64,000 bases of DNA, from IMG/VR virus record IMGVR_UViG_3300045988_174992. One strand, written 5' to 3'. The notes under the pieces are model-generated. The model was not told the DNA's origin, searched no databases, and saw nothing but the letters and a program-made list of their open reading frames with translations. Numbering within the stretch: position 1 is the first letter of the stretch; every line of letters starts with the position of its first letter. A program made the position numbers and the translations under genes. Below are positions 53,801-63,961 of the stretch, piece by piece. This stretch comes from a virus.

Positions 53801-54421
53801 ATGAGAATGTTAGGTTGTAAAGCATCAAAGATAGATGCTCATGATAAGAAGATCACCAAGAATTTGACTAATAAGATTCCTGATGAATATAGCTTTGTAA
53901 ATTATCTTAGTCCAATAACAGATCAAGGTTCAACAAACATGTGTGTCACCCATGCTCTTGCATGCTTTTTGAATTGGATTACTGATATGAAGTTGAAGAC
54001 TTCAAGGAAAGACAACAATATTGATTTGAAACAGATATATAATGCAAGATCAGATAAGGATCATGATAATGGCATGTCTATCAAAGAAGCATTGTCATTG
54101 GCAAGAACACATGGTATAAAATCAAATGTTGGAACTATAAAAATCCATGACTTTGCAATGATAGGAAGTGAACAAATCTTGAAGCAAGCAATATTATGCA
54201 ATGGTCCAGTATTGATAGCGTTACCAGTATATGACAGTTCAAGAAATGATTTTTGGAACGGAGCAGAATTAGAAGGAGGTCATTGTGTTGCTGTTGTTGG
54301 ATATGATAAGAATGGTTTTATTATAAGAAACAGCTGGGGTAGAAGTTATGGAAGAAATGGATATTGGACTTTACCTTATACTGAATTCAATAAGATAAAG
54401 GAGATTTGGACATGCATATAA
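53801..54421 (+). CDS. papain-family (C1) cysteine peptidase
   Basis: QGSTNMC (Gln six residues before the catalytic Cys, as in papain), GGHCVAVVGYD (His), IIRNSWG..GYW (Asn-Ser-Trp). Confidence 0.8.
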   Translation: MRMLGCKASKIDAHDKKITKNLTNKIPDEYSFVNYLSPITDQGSTNMCVTHALACFLNWITDMKLKTSRKDNNIDLKQIYNARSDKDHDNGMSIKEALSLARTHGIKSNVGTIKIHDFAMIGSEQILKQAILCNGPVLIALPVYDSSRNDFWNGAELEGGHCVAVVGYDKNGFIIRNSWGRSYGRNGYWTLPYTEFNKIKEIWTCI

Positions 54422-54433
54422 ATCAATGAACAA

Positions 54434-54457
54434 AAGGTCAAGCTGTTGCTTGACCTT
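54434..54457. terminator. bidirectional hairpin
   Basis: AAGGTCAAGC-TGTT-GCTTGACCTT between convergent genes. Overlaps the 3' end of 54438..55073. Confidence 0.55.
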
Positions 54458-55073
54458 CATTAGTTTTGTTAGTAGTTGTGGTTGTGTATTTTCTTTGATT
54501 TAAGCGTGCTGTCATTTCTTCAATAAACTCTCTAGAACCTTTTATTACCATCTTACCATTACCATCATCTTCTTTATCTTTTTCTTCAAATGATTTTTGG
54601 CATTCTTCTTGCATCATTCTGAATATATCTTCTAGTTTAGTAACAACATCATCAAGTTGCTTCTGTATAGATAATGTAGAATTCTGCAATGATGTAAGAG
54701 ACTGATATAATGTTGACTTTGACATGGACAACGCTATGGCCATTATAATACTGTCTTGTGCCTTCTCATTTATAGTGAGCATTTTGAGAAGTCTCCTTAT
54801 GCTTTGCATTTCTGTTTGGATTTTACAGACAATATAAGGATGTTCATCAACATACTTTGCATCAAAATAATATCCTGAAAGACGTTCTACTATGAACTGA
54901 GCTTGTGTTGCAGATTCAGATTCTACTTTCTCTAAATCTAGATCAAGCTTAGGCATTTCAAGCTCTTCTTCTGGATCATCAGTCAAAACCGGATCAGATT
55001 CATTCAACATTGTATCAATGTCATTCCATTCAGGGTTTTCTTTATCAACCTTTTTCCATCCAGTTTTACTCAT
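54438..55073 (-). CDS. hypothetical acidic/coiled-coil protein
   Basis: 211-aa ORF. Confidence 0.6.
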   Translation of the reverse strand: MSKTGWKKVDKENPEWNDIDTMLNESDPVLTDDPEEELEMPKLDLDLEKVESESATQAQFIVERLSGYYFDAKYVDEHPYIVCKIQTEMQSIRRLLKMLTINEKAQDSIIMAIALSMSKSTLYQSLTSLQNSTLSIQKQLDDVVTKLEDIFRMMQEECQKSFEEKDKEDDGNGKMVIKGSREFIEEMTARLNQRKYTTTTTNKTNEGQATA

Positions 55074-55115
55074 TCAAATTCTACATAAAATATATTTGAT
55101 TAAAAATAAATTAGA

Positions 55116-55415
55116 TCAATCATTTTTCTTAACTACCTTATAGAACTTAGAATTTTCTTTGATTCTGTATTCTCCTTTTACCTTCTTTTTCAATTCTTCT
55201 GGATCATTGAGCAAGTCAGTGCTGAATCCAAAAGTAATGATATGCAGCTTACCATCCTCAAGATAATCATATTTACCATAGATGAATACTTTGTTTCCAA
55301 CAATTGTCTTATGGAAACCTACAAGTTCACCAGGAACTACGGTATTTCCAAAATTATCTGTTACTGCACCTTTAATATTATTAAACATATCTTTAAACTG
55401 TCCCATTGTAATCAT
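55116..55415 (-). CDS. hypothetical protein
   Basis: The track start at 55445 overlaps the -10 box, so ATG 55415 (MITMGQ) or 55406 is preferred. Confidence 0.55.
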   Translation of the reverse strand: MITMGQFKDMFNNIKGAVTDNFGNTVVPGELVGFHKTIVGNKVFIYGKYDYLEDGKLHIITFGFSTDLLNDPEELKKKVKGEYRIKENSKFYKVVKKND

Positions 55416-55433
55416 TATTTTTTGTTCAGAGAT

Positions 55434-55462
55434 AAAATAGAACAATTATGATTTATTTCAAA
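55434..55462 (-). promoter_or_regulatory. phage promoter (variant -10)
   Basis: Reverse complement reads TTTGAAAT-N12-TTCTATTTT. Confidence 0.5.
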
Positions 55463-55486
55463 TTTTTATATGGGATTTTTAAAAAA

Positions 55487-57127
55487 TTATGCACTTGCAC
55501 TTCCTTGCATATCTATTATCTTTCTAGCTGTATCATTTATCATAAGATGTTGGCTTGTAGGATACTGTTGCAGTAATTCTGATACATTATCTATATAAGA
55601 ATCAAAAAGCTTGAAGTTAGTAACTGTACCTGGTATACCATTTATCATTACATCTTGCTTTTCATCTTCTACCATTTCTACATTCCATTTTGCTACTTTA
55701 TGTGCTGTCAAATTATTCAAGTCAAACTTGTAATGTGCTGGTTGCAACTTATATAGAGGGATATTTTCATTATAAGAATATTCCGAAACTCCTAATTCTA
55801 CTACATTCCTAGATTTAGACCATCTTAAATATATGAAATAATGATTGTCAGTAATATTGGCATCTTGTTTAGGTAAGTATACAGAACAATCTTCTACATT
55901 ATCTAAACTTACTTTGATTCTTCTGTTTGTCATTTTCAATCTAAGTATGATATGACCTATCTTTATGAGTTCAGAATCATAATCATACATTCCATTCAAA
56001 CCAACAATAATGCTTGTACTACCTTCTTCACCACAATATTTTCTTTGATATACTATCTTATTCTTAAGTCTGTATAGTGATGATGGATCAAACTTGTAAC
56101 ATCTGTCACTTATCAATGTTCCTCTTTGATAGATATTTGTATCTACAAAGTTTGTACCTTCTGATGTAACATACTTTCGGCAAGAATCGGATTCATATAC
56201 AGGGTACATGCCATTTCCAGAATATGTTGGAGCTTCTGTTGTTTCTTCTCCACTATCTAATCCTTCTTTATCTCCAAACAAATCTTCATACTTTGTCTTT
56301 ACTAAGCTATCTATAGTAGAATCAAAATCTCCTAAGTCAACAGAACCCTTTTCTTGATATTTTACTAATGCCAATTTGAATGTAGTATTGTTCCACATCA
56401 ATGAACCATTCTTCTCTTCGTATGCTTCATTTACCATCCACATCCTTTTCATCATTGGAATATATATCAAATCACCTTCCATTGGCTGTGCAGTAATTCC
56501 AAAAGCCGTAGCAAACATTGTCTTGCTTATCTCGGTTTCCCAATCAGTTTGCCAATCTAATCCAAAATCAGAAAATTCTGGTTTGCTGCTTGGCATCTGA
56601 CCTTCATTTACTATAAGCTTTATCTGCTTTACTGATTCTACATTCATGAGAGTATACTCTTTAAACGTGATATCTTTAGAACCAGAATCAGGCTTAAGTT
56701 TGAAGTAGTATATAGGTATACCAATCATACAAGCAACGCTATCAGATAATGATTGCTGCAAAGCTATAGCTGAAGTAAGACCAGCATAAGGATTGTATTT
56801 GTTAGATGATTCACAAGATGGTGATGAGATGCTTGAAGCAATAGAAGTAGTATAGTCTACACTTTCATCACCATCTTTTACATCATTAACAACACCATTT
56901 ACTTTAAACTTTATGTAGAAATCAGATGGACTATCAACCAGTATTTTTTCTGCATCACCATAGGAAGCAAAACATGACCAATTGATACCATCATAACTCC
57001 ACGATACCTCTAAGCATGATGTATCATATTTTACATCATCACAACCAAGTATAGATATTGATGACATATCATTAATAGCCATTGTCAACAATACCTCTTG
57101 AGCAGGCATACAACTATTGAAATCCAT
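55487..57127 (-). CDS. large hypothetical protein, probable virion/baseplate component
   Basis: 546-aa ORF directly downstream of the cell-wall hydrolase gene. Assigned from context only. Confidence 0.4.
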   Translation of the reverse strand: MDFNSCMPAQEVLLTMAINDMSSISILGCDDVKYDTSCLEVSWSYDGINWSCFASYGDAEKILVDSPSDFYIKFKVNGVVNDVKDGDESVDYTTSIASSISSPSCESSNKYNPYAGLTSAIALQQSLSDSVACMIGIPIYYFKLKPDSGSKDITFKEYTLMNVESVKQIKLIVNEGQMPSSKPEFSDFGLDWQTDWETEISKTMFATAFGITAQPMEGDLIYIPMMKRMWMVNEAYEEKNGSLMWNNTTFKLALVKYQEKGSVDLGDFDSTIDSLVKTKYEDLFGDKEGLDSGEETTEAPTYSGNGMYPVYESDSCRKYVTSEGTNFVDTNIYQRGTLISDRCYKFDPSSLYRLKNKIVYQRKYCGEEGSTSIIVGLNGMYDYDSELIKIGHIILRLKMTNRRIKVSLDNVEDCSVYLPKQDANITDNHYFIYLRWSKSRNVVELGVSEYSYNENIPLYKLQPAHYKFDLNNLTAHKVAKWNVEMVEDEKQDVMINGIPGTVTNFKLFDSYIDNVSELLQQYPTSQHLMINDTARKIIDMQGSASA

Positions 57128-57152
57128 GATATTGCATATATATAACTAAATT

Positions 57153-58646
57153 TTACGGGAGAGGTGTTTTCTTTCCTATATACCAGTTTGCTTCCCATCT
57201 ACGACGTTTCTTCAAACCTGCTAATCCTCTATGATCTGATAATGTTGACCAAGTAGACCAAATAGTTTGCATAGGTGCATGATTTGCTATCAAAGAACAT
57301 ACTTTATATCTAGATAGTGTCAGGAATCCAGGACCAAAATTGAATGTAGCACAAGTCAATGCATCTATCTGATTTTGTGCTAATTGCAAACCTCTTGAAG
57401 AAGCCCAATTTCTTACTTTAGAACTGAACTGTTGAACATGTGTAACATACAATGCTTCAAGTTCTCGTTGAGTCCATCTTGGCTTTATCTGATCCATGTA
57501 TTTTCCATTTGGATGAACTAACAAACCATAACCATAGGTTTTATGACCTTTGTCATGTCCATATCCATTCAAATCCTTAGGTGTCATTTGATATCCATAA
57601 CTATGACCAGTTTCAAAATGACATATTGCATTGAACATTTCTTGGCTTACACCAGATGCTCCAGCTGAAAGATTTCCCATTTTCATTCCTTGTGTAATTG
57701 CTGTATATCTAAATATATATAGAAGACCACATTGTCCTCCATATACCCAAGCTCTTGGTTGTCTGAAATCTGATATCCACTGTTTACCAGTATACATACA
57801 TATATGGCCAGGTCCTCCTTTAGGGTTAGCCATAACTGCTATATCACCAGGCATAGCTTCTCTCATATAAGTCTTATATGGGTTATCATACTTTATAGTC
57901 TTTATATGCCTAAATCCTACTGTTGGTAAAAACCTTACATATTCTATAGCATTTTCTGGATGACCAGCTAAAGACAATCCACCAGCTTCTATAGCTTCTC
58001 TCACATATCTAGCACATCTGTGTGTAGACTTTTCATGAGAAGCACTTACTAAATGATTGATAGATTTTCCTAAGTCCCAATTTCCAACAACACCACCAGA
58101 AAAATCCATACCAAAAGAACCTAAATCAAATGATCCAGTGAAGTGCCCAGTCTTCATCCATTCAACAATAAGGTCACCTATAGATTTATCTGGATCCACA
58201 TAATTGGTAGCTCCAACTTTATTTTCTTGGTAATTTTTCTCTTCTTCACAATAAGCTTCATTATCATATTTCAAAGACAGATTTTGGTTAGCATCAAATT
58301 CTTCTTCTAAAAGATTATGATATTCATGCCCACCTTTAATGTTTCTTTCATCATACTCTAAAAATGATTCAAGTATCTCTTTACCAAGCTGATTTCTAGC
58401 CCATGTAAGATTTTTCATCAATTCATGGGTTGCATCTTCTTCATCTGCTAATACCCATTGTGGTTCACTAACAGATGGATCTATACCATTAGGTGTGTAT
58501 GCATCTTTCTTTACTTTATCTAATTCAGCTTTATTTGACTTAGCAGTGCTATCAGAAGATTTGTTCTTATTCGTTTGTTTAAGTTTTTTACTTTCTGAAG
58601 TATCCTCTATCAAAGTCTTTAATGCATCAAGTAAACCCATAGTCAA
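57153..58646 (-). CDS. bifunctional peptidoglycan hydrolase (papain-fold NlpC/P60-CHAP-like plus GH24-like lysozyme), probably virion-associated
   Basis: HRCARYVREAIEAGG...GHICMYTG form a Cys/His pair. C-terminal part has FETGHSYGY..KTYGYGLL..ATFNFGPGF..KRRRWEANWY, lysozyme-like. Confidence 0.6.
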   Translation of the reverse strand: MTMGLLDALKTLIEDTSESKKLKQTNKNKSSDSTAKSNKAELDKVKKDAYTPNGIDPSVSEPQWVLADEEDATHELMKNLTWARNQLGKEILESFLEYDERNIKGGHEYHNLLEEEFDANQNLSLKYDNEAYCEEEKNYQENKVGATNYVDPDKSIGDLIVEWMKTGHFTGSFDLGSFGMDFSGGVVGNWDLGKSINHLVSASHEKSTHRCARYVREAIEAGGLSLAGHPENAIEYVRFLPTVGFRHIKTIKYDNPYKTYMREAMPGDIAVMANPKGGPGHICMYTGKQWISDFRQPRAWVYGGQCGLLYIFRYTAITQGMKMGNLSAGASGVSQEMFNAICHFETGHSYGYQMTPKDLNGYGHDKGHKTYGYGLLVHPNGKYMDQIKPRWTQRELEALYVTHVQQFSSKVRNWASSRGLQLAQNQIDALTCATFNFGPGFLTLSRYKVCSLIANHAPMQTIWSTWSTLSDHRGLAGLKKRRRWEANWYIGKKTPLP

Positions 58647-58649
58647 TCA

Positions 58650-59450
58650 CTAAACCATACTTTTGAATTCAAGAAGCTGTGATATTCCACTAGCTCTTTC
58701 TTTGATATCATGCAAATCTATTATATCTTCTGGATATTTGAAAAAGTCATTATATTCCAAGAATACAATTCCTATTAAATTATTGTTACAATCATAAAGT
58801 CCGGCATAAATCATATTGCTAACATTAAGTTTGTTCTTCAAATGGTCATACAATACTGGAGATCTTTGTTCTAATGTTTTCATTTCAGAACTTCTGTATA
58901 CTACAATACCATCATTATCTATAAGGTCTTCCATAACAGGAGAAAGTATTGGAAGTTGAAGATTTTTTACTTTTCCAGATATAGGTGTAACATTTCTTTG
59001 CATGTTTTCATAAGATAAATCATACCATAGGAAACTGAGGTTATTCAAATTGCTTGTACTATTATGGAATTCAATTACACCACATCTTCTAGCATGATAG
59101 AAATTCATCATTTCAAACAACATCTTTTGCATTTTAACAGATATATCCATTCTATGGTTCATACTAGCATTATGTATTTTTACAGCATTCTGATCTCTAA
59201 GATTCATAGTTTTTTCTATCAAATTGATAAGACTAGTTTGCATTTGATTGTTTGATGAAGTCAATGTACTTAACAAATCTTTATTTTGGTTAGCTAATGT
59301 AGCAGATATGTTTTCAGATAAATCTGCTATAGACTTTTCTGTTTTCTTATCAGAACGAGTTATCAAGAAATATAGCAAGCCACTTAAGACAAGTATAACT
59401 AATCCTAAACCGCCAAATTCCTCGATTATTTTAGTGAAGAATTCAAACAT
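58650..59450 (-). CDS. membrane-anchored hypothetical protein
   Basis: N-terminal hydrophobic helix GGLGLVILVLSGLLYFLI. 266 aa. Confidence 0.6.
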   Translation of the reverse strand: MFEFFTKIIEEFGGLGLVILVLSGLLYFLITRSDKKTEKSIADLSENISATLANQNKDLLSTLTSSNNQMQTSLINLIEKTMNLRDQNAVKIHNASMNHRMDISVKMQKMLFEMMNFYHARRCGVIEFHNSTSNLNNLSFLWYDLSYENMQRNVTPISGKVKNLQLPILSPVMEDLIDNDGIVVYRSSEMKTLEQRSPVLYDHLKNKLNVSNMIYAGLYDCNNNLIGIVFLEYNDFFKYPEDIIDLHDIKERASGISQLLEFKSMV

Positions 59451-59464
59451 GATATATAAATTAA

Positions 59465-59502
59465 ATGTGGAATATCTTTAATTTAATAAAAATATTCCAC
59501 AT
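59465..59502 (-). terminator. hairpin (candidate terminator)
   Basis: ATGTGGAATAT (59465..59475) pairs with ATATTCCACAT (59492..59502). Confidence 0.45.
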
Positions 59503-59520
59503 TGTAAACTTAAAGTCTTT

Positions 59521-60585
59521 TTAAGGTTTTTCTGTTTCTATCATTGGTCTTCCTGTAATAGTATCAAACCATATTTTCTTCACTTTATGATATTCATTCA
59601 ATATATTGCTTATATCAGAATACTGATTCAATAATGTTCCAACCTCTATCATTGGTCCACCTGATGGATCTATGAAAACTATCTGTCCATTATCATGTGC
59701 TACTCTTGATGCTCCATATTCTGAAACAAGATACCAAATATATCCATGATTTCTATATGTATCATTAACAGGTGTTTCTTCTAATACCATGAAATTATCA
59801 GAACAATCATGGGAATATAAATTGATAGTTATATTTTTGAATCTTACATTTTCATTTATCATATCCCATACTTGATAGAACAAAGATTCATAATCAGAAT
59901 TGTTTTCTATGGTGAAGTCAAAATTTTCTTCATCATCCAAATCATGTTCAGCAACATTGTTCAATTGGGTAATTCCATCCCTGACAATGTTTATCATTAC
60001 ACCTTGATGTGTTCTGATAAAATCAAATTCGTGTAAGAATCGTACATCAGTACAGATAGCGTATTCAAGATTTGTTCTTTGATTGATTTTCTTTTCTACA
60101 ACATTTGTAAATATTCTTTTAGAAATAGAATTCTGCAATACATAAGTTCCAACATAAACAAGAATTTCTCTTAATGACATATAGAATTTATCATTAGATT
60201 CTTGATACATACTTGTATTCACATAATAGTCTTCTGCTGTTATGATATGTTTAGGATCTGGTTTTTCTTTGGTGAACTCAAATCCTTTATTGATGCAAAT
60301 CCAAGAATTAGCTTTTGATGTATAGAAATACTCGATATTTACTTGAAACATGTTAGCACATAATTCCTTCAATTGATCAGCAAAAGCAATGCACATACAC
60401 TTATTGTACATCTTATCTGGTGGAAATGTTGCAGTTTCTTCAGGATTGAAATTTCTCTTGAAACTATCCCAAGCACTTTCTTTATCCGAAAATGAATAAT
60501 TCAAAATATGTGATAGCATTTTTGCAACTGTATCTTTTCCAGATCCGGCATATCCATTCAAACCAATATATAATACTCTTTTCAT
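59521..60585 (-). CDS. dNMP-kinase-like P-loop protein with extra C-terminal domain
   Basis: The N-terminus GLNGYAGSGKDTVAKML resembles the T4 gp1-type dNMP kinase P-loop (..SGKDT). 354 aa. Confidence 0.5.
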   Translation of the reverse strand: MKRVLYIGLNGYAGSGKDTVAKMLSHILNYSFSDKESAWDSFKRNFNPEETATFPPDKMYNKCMCIAFADQLKELCANMFQVNIEYFYTSKANSWICINKGFEFTKEKPDPKHIITAEDYYVNTSMYQESNDKFYMSLREILVYVGTYVLQNSISKRIFTNVVEKKINQRTNLEYAICTDVRFLHEFDFIRTHQGVMINIVRDGITQLNNVAEHDLDDEENFDFTIENNSDYESLFYQVWDMINENVRFKNITINLYSHDCSDNFMVLEETPVNDTYRNHGYIWYLVSEYGASRVAHDNGQIVFIDPSGGPMIEVGTLLNQYSDISNILNEYHKVKKIWFDTITGRPMIETEKP

Positions 60586-60614
60586 TCTCTATTATGTTTT
60601 TATTCTATAAGTAA

Positions 60615-60645
60615 AATATAGAAATAATGGTTAACGCATTTCATC
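60615..60645 (-). promoter_or_regulatory. possible weak promoter
   Basis: Good -10 (TTCTATATT) but a poor -35 (ATGAAAT) at N14. Confidence 0.3.
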
Positions 60646-62952
60646 TTTAGATGTTATAAATTCTTCTGTATCACAACCACTCCAAGCAAATCTAGTATAC
60701 TCTTTAGTAGATGGACTATCAAATCCAGTATTTGTCTTACCAGGAATCAGATTTACCATATTTCTTTTATATTTATCCTTTTCATTTTTATCTATAAAAT
60801 TATCATACATCAAATCTTTGGTGTCCTTTTTTTGTTCATTATCTGCATTCTTCTGTTTTTCTTTGCTTTCTTCTTGTGGTTTTGTTGCATCATTTATCTG
60901 ACCTTTAGAAGGTGTTTCCGGTGGAGTTTCCAAGTTTATGTTTGTACCAGCTTTTTGATTATCATTAAATTCTATAGTATTGTAAGGAGAACATAATGAT
61001 AAATATATTCCATTCTGACCTTTAGTATACATCTTAGATATTTCTGTAGCATCCCTTGACATGGCATGCTTTAATGATACGGATACATGTAAGTCTGTTG
61101 GGAAATCATCAAATCCCAATGGTCCACTATGTGTTATCTTTGCATTTGTCATTATCAAATTTCCAAATGTTGCAATAGGGTTTTTTGGATTACCTATAGT
61201 TACATGCCAAAGACCTACTTTAGCTCCAGTAAGCAATGAGTCAAAAGCATATAATGATGGACGACCTAATTTATTTTTTATAGAACCCATCATTGCTTGT
61301 CCAAGATTCATCTCTGCTGTCTTTTTGGCTGCCATTTGGGCCGCAGAACCAATTTTATTTACAACTTCACCCGTAGTCATATTACCAGACAAGAAATCTT
61401 TAACTGATTGCAAAGCATTATTTACCATCTTACCAGCATCTAATCCTGCACCTTTAGCTATATCAAGAAGGGCACCATTGAATTGAGTTAATGCTCCTGC
61501 CATGGTATCTGTGTTTGAACCTTCAAGGTGAAATATGTTTTTCCATAAGTCTCCACCTGCTTTAGACAATCCATCTAATACATTGTTGTATTTTTGCCAT
61601 CCTGCTTTATTAGGTTTAGCTCCCAATATTTCACTCTTTCCTCCCCAGAATGTTCCTTTTCTATATGTAACAGTCAATATATTGCCAAGTAAATCCAGAA
61701 AAGCAGATTTTGGGTTGATGTTGTCATAAGCTCTCAACTTATAAGAGAAATTCAAAGTGAATTCATGTTTGAATGTAAGCTTACCTTCATATATATGAGT
61801 ATCCCAAATAGTATCTCTTGGGGTATATACTTTGTTGTTATCATAATTTCTACCTAATGCTACATCATTATGCTGATATTCATGTGAATCAGCACCTATA
61901 CCCATGCTATTCATCAACTGTCCAAGCAAACCACCTGAATTGATACCATGAGCTGTTCCTAAATTATATCCAGGACTTAAGTTGTTAATTATCTTACCAG
62001 CTATGCCTCTACCCTCATCATCTTCTTGAGAATCCAACTGCTGTATCTTAGCATCAAGCTTTTTCCAAGAAGCTTCATATTCATAAGACATGATATCACT
62101 AAGCTTATTGTCATCAGTATCAAACCAAGTAATCATTCTACCAACATCACCAATAGTAGACATTGGGTCTTGCTTACCTTCAGCCGCGGTTGTTGCAACA
62201 GTTGATCTGAATATATTGTCTCCAACAGGAATAGCAAACTTACGTAAAGTTATCATGTGATTGTTAGAAATCTTTCCAAGATCTTTACAATACATGAAAT
62301 CTGCATACTTATATCTTGCATTACCAAGTATAGACTTTCTTACAGAACTGAGGTTAACCAACTCTCTTATAGAACAATCATCTAAGTTAGCTATTTCTTT
62401 TTTGTCATGCTTAGAAAGAAATGTACCATCCATCAAAGGTACATTTTCCATTATACCATAAACAGGTAATGCATGATAAGGGTTAAACAATGATGGTGTC
62501 AAGTCACCCCTAAAGTTATATGTCTTATACATCTTTCCATTAGTACCTTGTTTTTCACCATCATTTCCTGTTTCTATAAGCATATCAGATAAGAAACACC
62601 TGTAATTGTTCACTACTTGAAATATTTCATTATTCATGTGAGTTGGTGTCCAAATTACAGCTTGTCTATTTTCTTCTCTATTTTTGTCAGCAGGAGGTGC
62701 CAACATATTTGATTCATATTTTATTGTTGGGTGTGAAGAAAAATCTAAATCATCTATCAATGAAGAAGTGTCCCTATCTTCATTATATCTTATACCATCA
62801 GTATCATAACCTTGTCCGGATGTTGCTTTTGATATTGTGGCGTTAAATGCAGATCTTAATGAATTGTTCAATACATCCTTCAAAGAATTAGATTGTTGTG
62901 GTGTAATGAGGTGAGAACCACCTTTATTTAATGTACTTGGAAATGATAACAT
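60631..62952 (-). CDS. large hypothetical protein, probable virion structural component
   Basis: 773-aa ORF in the structural-looking block. No motif recognised. Confidence 0.45.
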   Translation of the reverse strand: MLSFPSTLNKGGSHLITPQQSNSLKDVLNNSLRSAFNATISKATSGQGYDTDGIRYNEDRDTSSLIDDLDFSSHPTIKYESNMLAPPADKNREENRQAVIWTPTHMNNEIFQVVNNYRCFLSDMLIETGNDGEKQGTNGKMYKTYNFRGDLTPSLFNPYHALPVYGIMENVPLMDGTFLSKHDKKEIANLDDCSIRELVNLSSVRKSILGNARYKYADFMYCKDLGKISNNHMITLRKFAIPVGDNIFRSTVATTAAEGKQDPMSTIGDVGRMITWFDTDDNKLSDIMSYEYEASWKKLDAKIQQLDSQEDDEGRGIAGKIINNLSPGYNLGTAHGINSGGLLGQLMNSMGIGADSHEYQHNDVALGRNYDNNKVYTPRDTIWDTHIYEGKLTFKHEFTLNFSYKLRAYDNINPKSAFLDLLGNILTVTYRKGTFWGGKSEILGAKPNKAGWQKYNNVLDGLSKAGGDLWKNIFHLEGSNTDTMAGALTQFNGALLDIAKGAGLDAGKMVNNALQSVKDFLSGNMTTGEVVNKIGSAAQMAAKKTAEMNLGQAMMGSIKNKLGRPSLYAFDSLLTGAKVGLWHVTIGNPKNPIATFGNLIMTNAKITHSGPLGFDDFPTDLHVSVSLKHAMSRDATEISKMYTKGQNGIYLSLCSPYNTIEFNDNQKAGTNINLETPPETPSKGQINDATKPQEESKEKQKNADNEQKKDTKDLMYDNFIDKNEKDKYKRNMVNLIPGKTNTGFDSPSTKEYTRFAWSGCDTEEFITSKDEMR

Positions 62953-62954
62953 AA

Positions 62955-63010
62955 ATTGTTGTTTCAGTTTTCTTAATCTTATTTAAAAATTAAGAAACTA
63001 AAACAACAAT
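62955..63010 (-). terminator. long imperfect hairpin (candidate terminator)
   Basis: ATTGTTGTTTCAGTTTTCTTAAT pairs with ATTAAGAAACTAAAACAACAAT (~22 bp, one mismatch plus one bulge). Confidence 0.45.
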
Positions 63011-63019
63011 CTGATTCAT

Positions 63020-63427
63020 TTATTTCTTTTTCTTGGTCAATCCACATTCATCTTTATCAAAAAGCAATTTTTTCAAGCTTTCTAATTGATTATAAAGATA
63101 AACATGATGTTCAGAACCAGTCATGTGACATGGCATATTGTCATAACATCTTTGCAATACTTCATATATCGGCATAACATACTTTGCTAATTGCATATTG
63201 AAATCATGATAAGTATTTCTAATAGTGCAATGTTGTGCAATATATGGTTTAGCTGCTTCTAAATGCTTAATAAGATTGAATGACCAGTTTAGCAACTTAT
63301 CATCATCAGGAAGTGGACATTCATGATATGTATAATACATCATACCAATGCATTTGTCCAATTCCTTCATCTTATCTTTCATATCTTTCATACCGATATC
63401 GACATTGTTGAAATCTGTCATTCCCAT
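63020..63427 (-). CDS. hypothetical protein
   Basis: 135-aa ORF. Confidence 0.6.
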   Translation of the reverse strand: MGMTDFNNVDIGMKDMKDKMKELDKCIGMMYYTYHECPLPDDDKLLNWSFNLIKHLEAAKPYIAQHCTIRNTYHDFNMQLAKYVMPIYEVLQRCYDNMPCHMTGSEHHVYLYNQLESLKKLLFDKDECGLTKKKK

Positions 63428-63430
63428 AAT

Positions 63431-63961
63431 TTATTTCTTATGATCTTGTGAACCAAATCCATTTTCTCCACGTTCAGAATCTTTCATCAATTCTCTATAG
63501 TCATCCTCAGAAAGTTCATCAATATTGGATACTTGCCAAATAGGAAGAATAAGCTGCTGAATAATCTTGTCACCACACCAAATCATTGGACTCTTCATAT
63601 CCTTTGTAAAAGAAATAGAAAGATGTACACATCCAACATAGTCTTCGTCAATCACCTGACTACGGACATCAAAACCTTCATTACCTTTACCAGACTTATT
63701 CAAAAATACACCAGCATAGTCATGTGGCAATACTTCATGAATACCTGAATTGATTTTAAGTTGGTCTCCAAAATCCAACCAAAGACCTACTCTGTCTTCT
63801 TTCTTATCATAAACAAGACGATGGTCACAGAAATCTTCCAACTTCTCTAATCTAGTATTATGATTGTTTCTAGTCATTACACTATCCAATGCTAAGAACA
63901 AATGTACAGTATCAAGTGTATTCTCATCTGCTCGTACAGCATCACCAATCTTCTCCATCAA
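63431..63961 (-). CDS. dut: dUTP diphosphatase (trimeric dUTPase/dCTPase family)
   Basis: VIDEDYVG (motif 3), KIIQQLILP (motif 4), RGENGFGSQ (motif 5). The frame stays open to nt 64000, so the start is ATG 63958 or lies outside the window. Confidence 0.8.
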   Translation of the reverse strand: MMEKIGDAVRADENTLDTVHLFLALDSVMTRNNHNTRLEKLEDFCDHRLVYDKKEDRVGLWLDFGDQLKINSGIHEVLPHDYAGVFLNKSGKGNEGFDVRSQVIDEDYVGCVHLSISFTKDMKSPMIWCGDKIIQQLILPIWQVSNIDELSEDDYRELMKDSERGENGFGSQDHKK

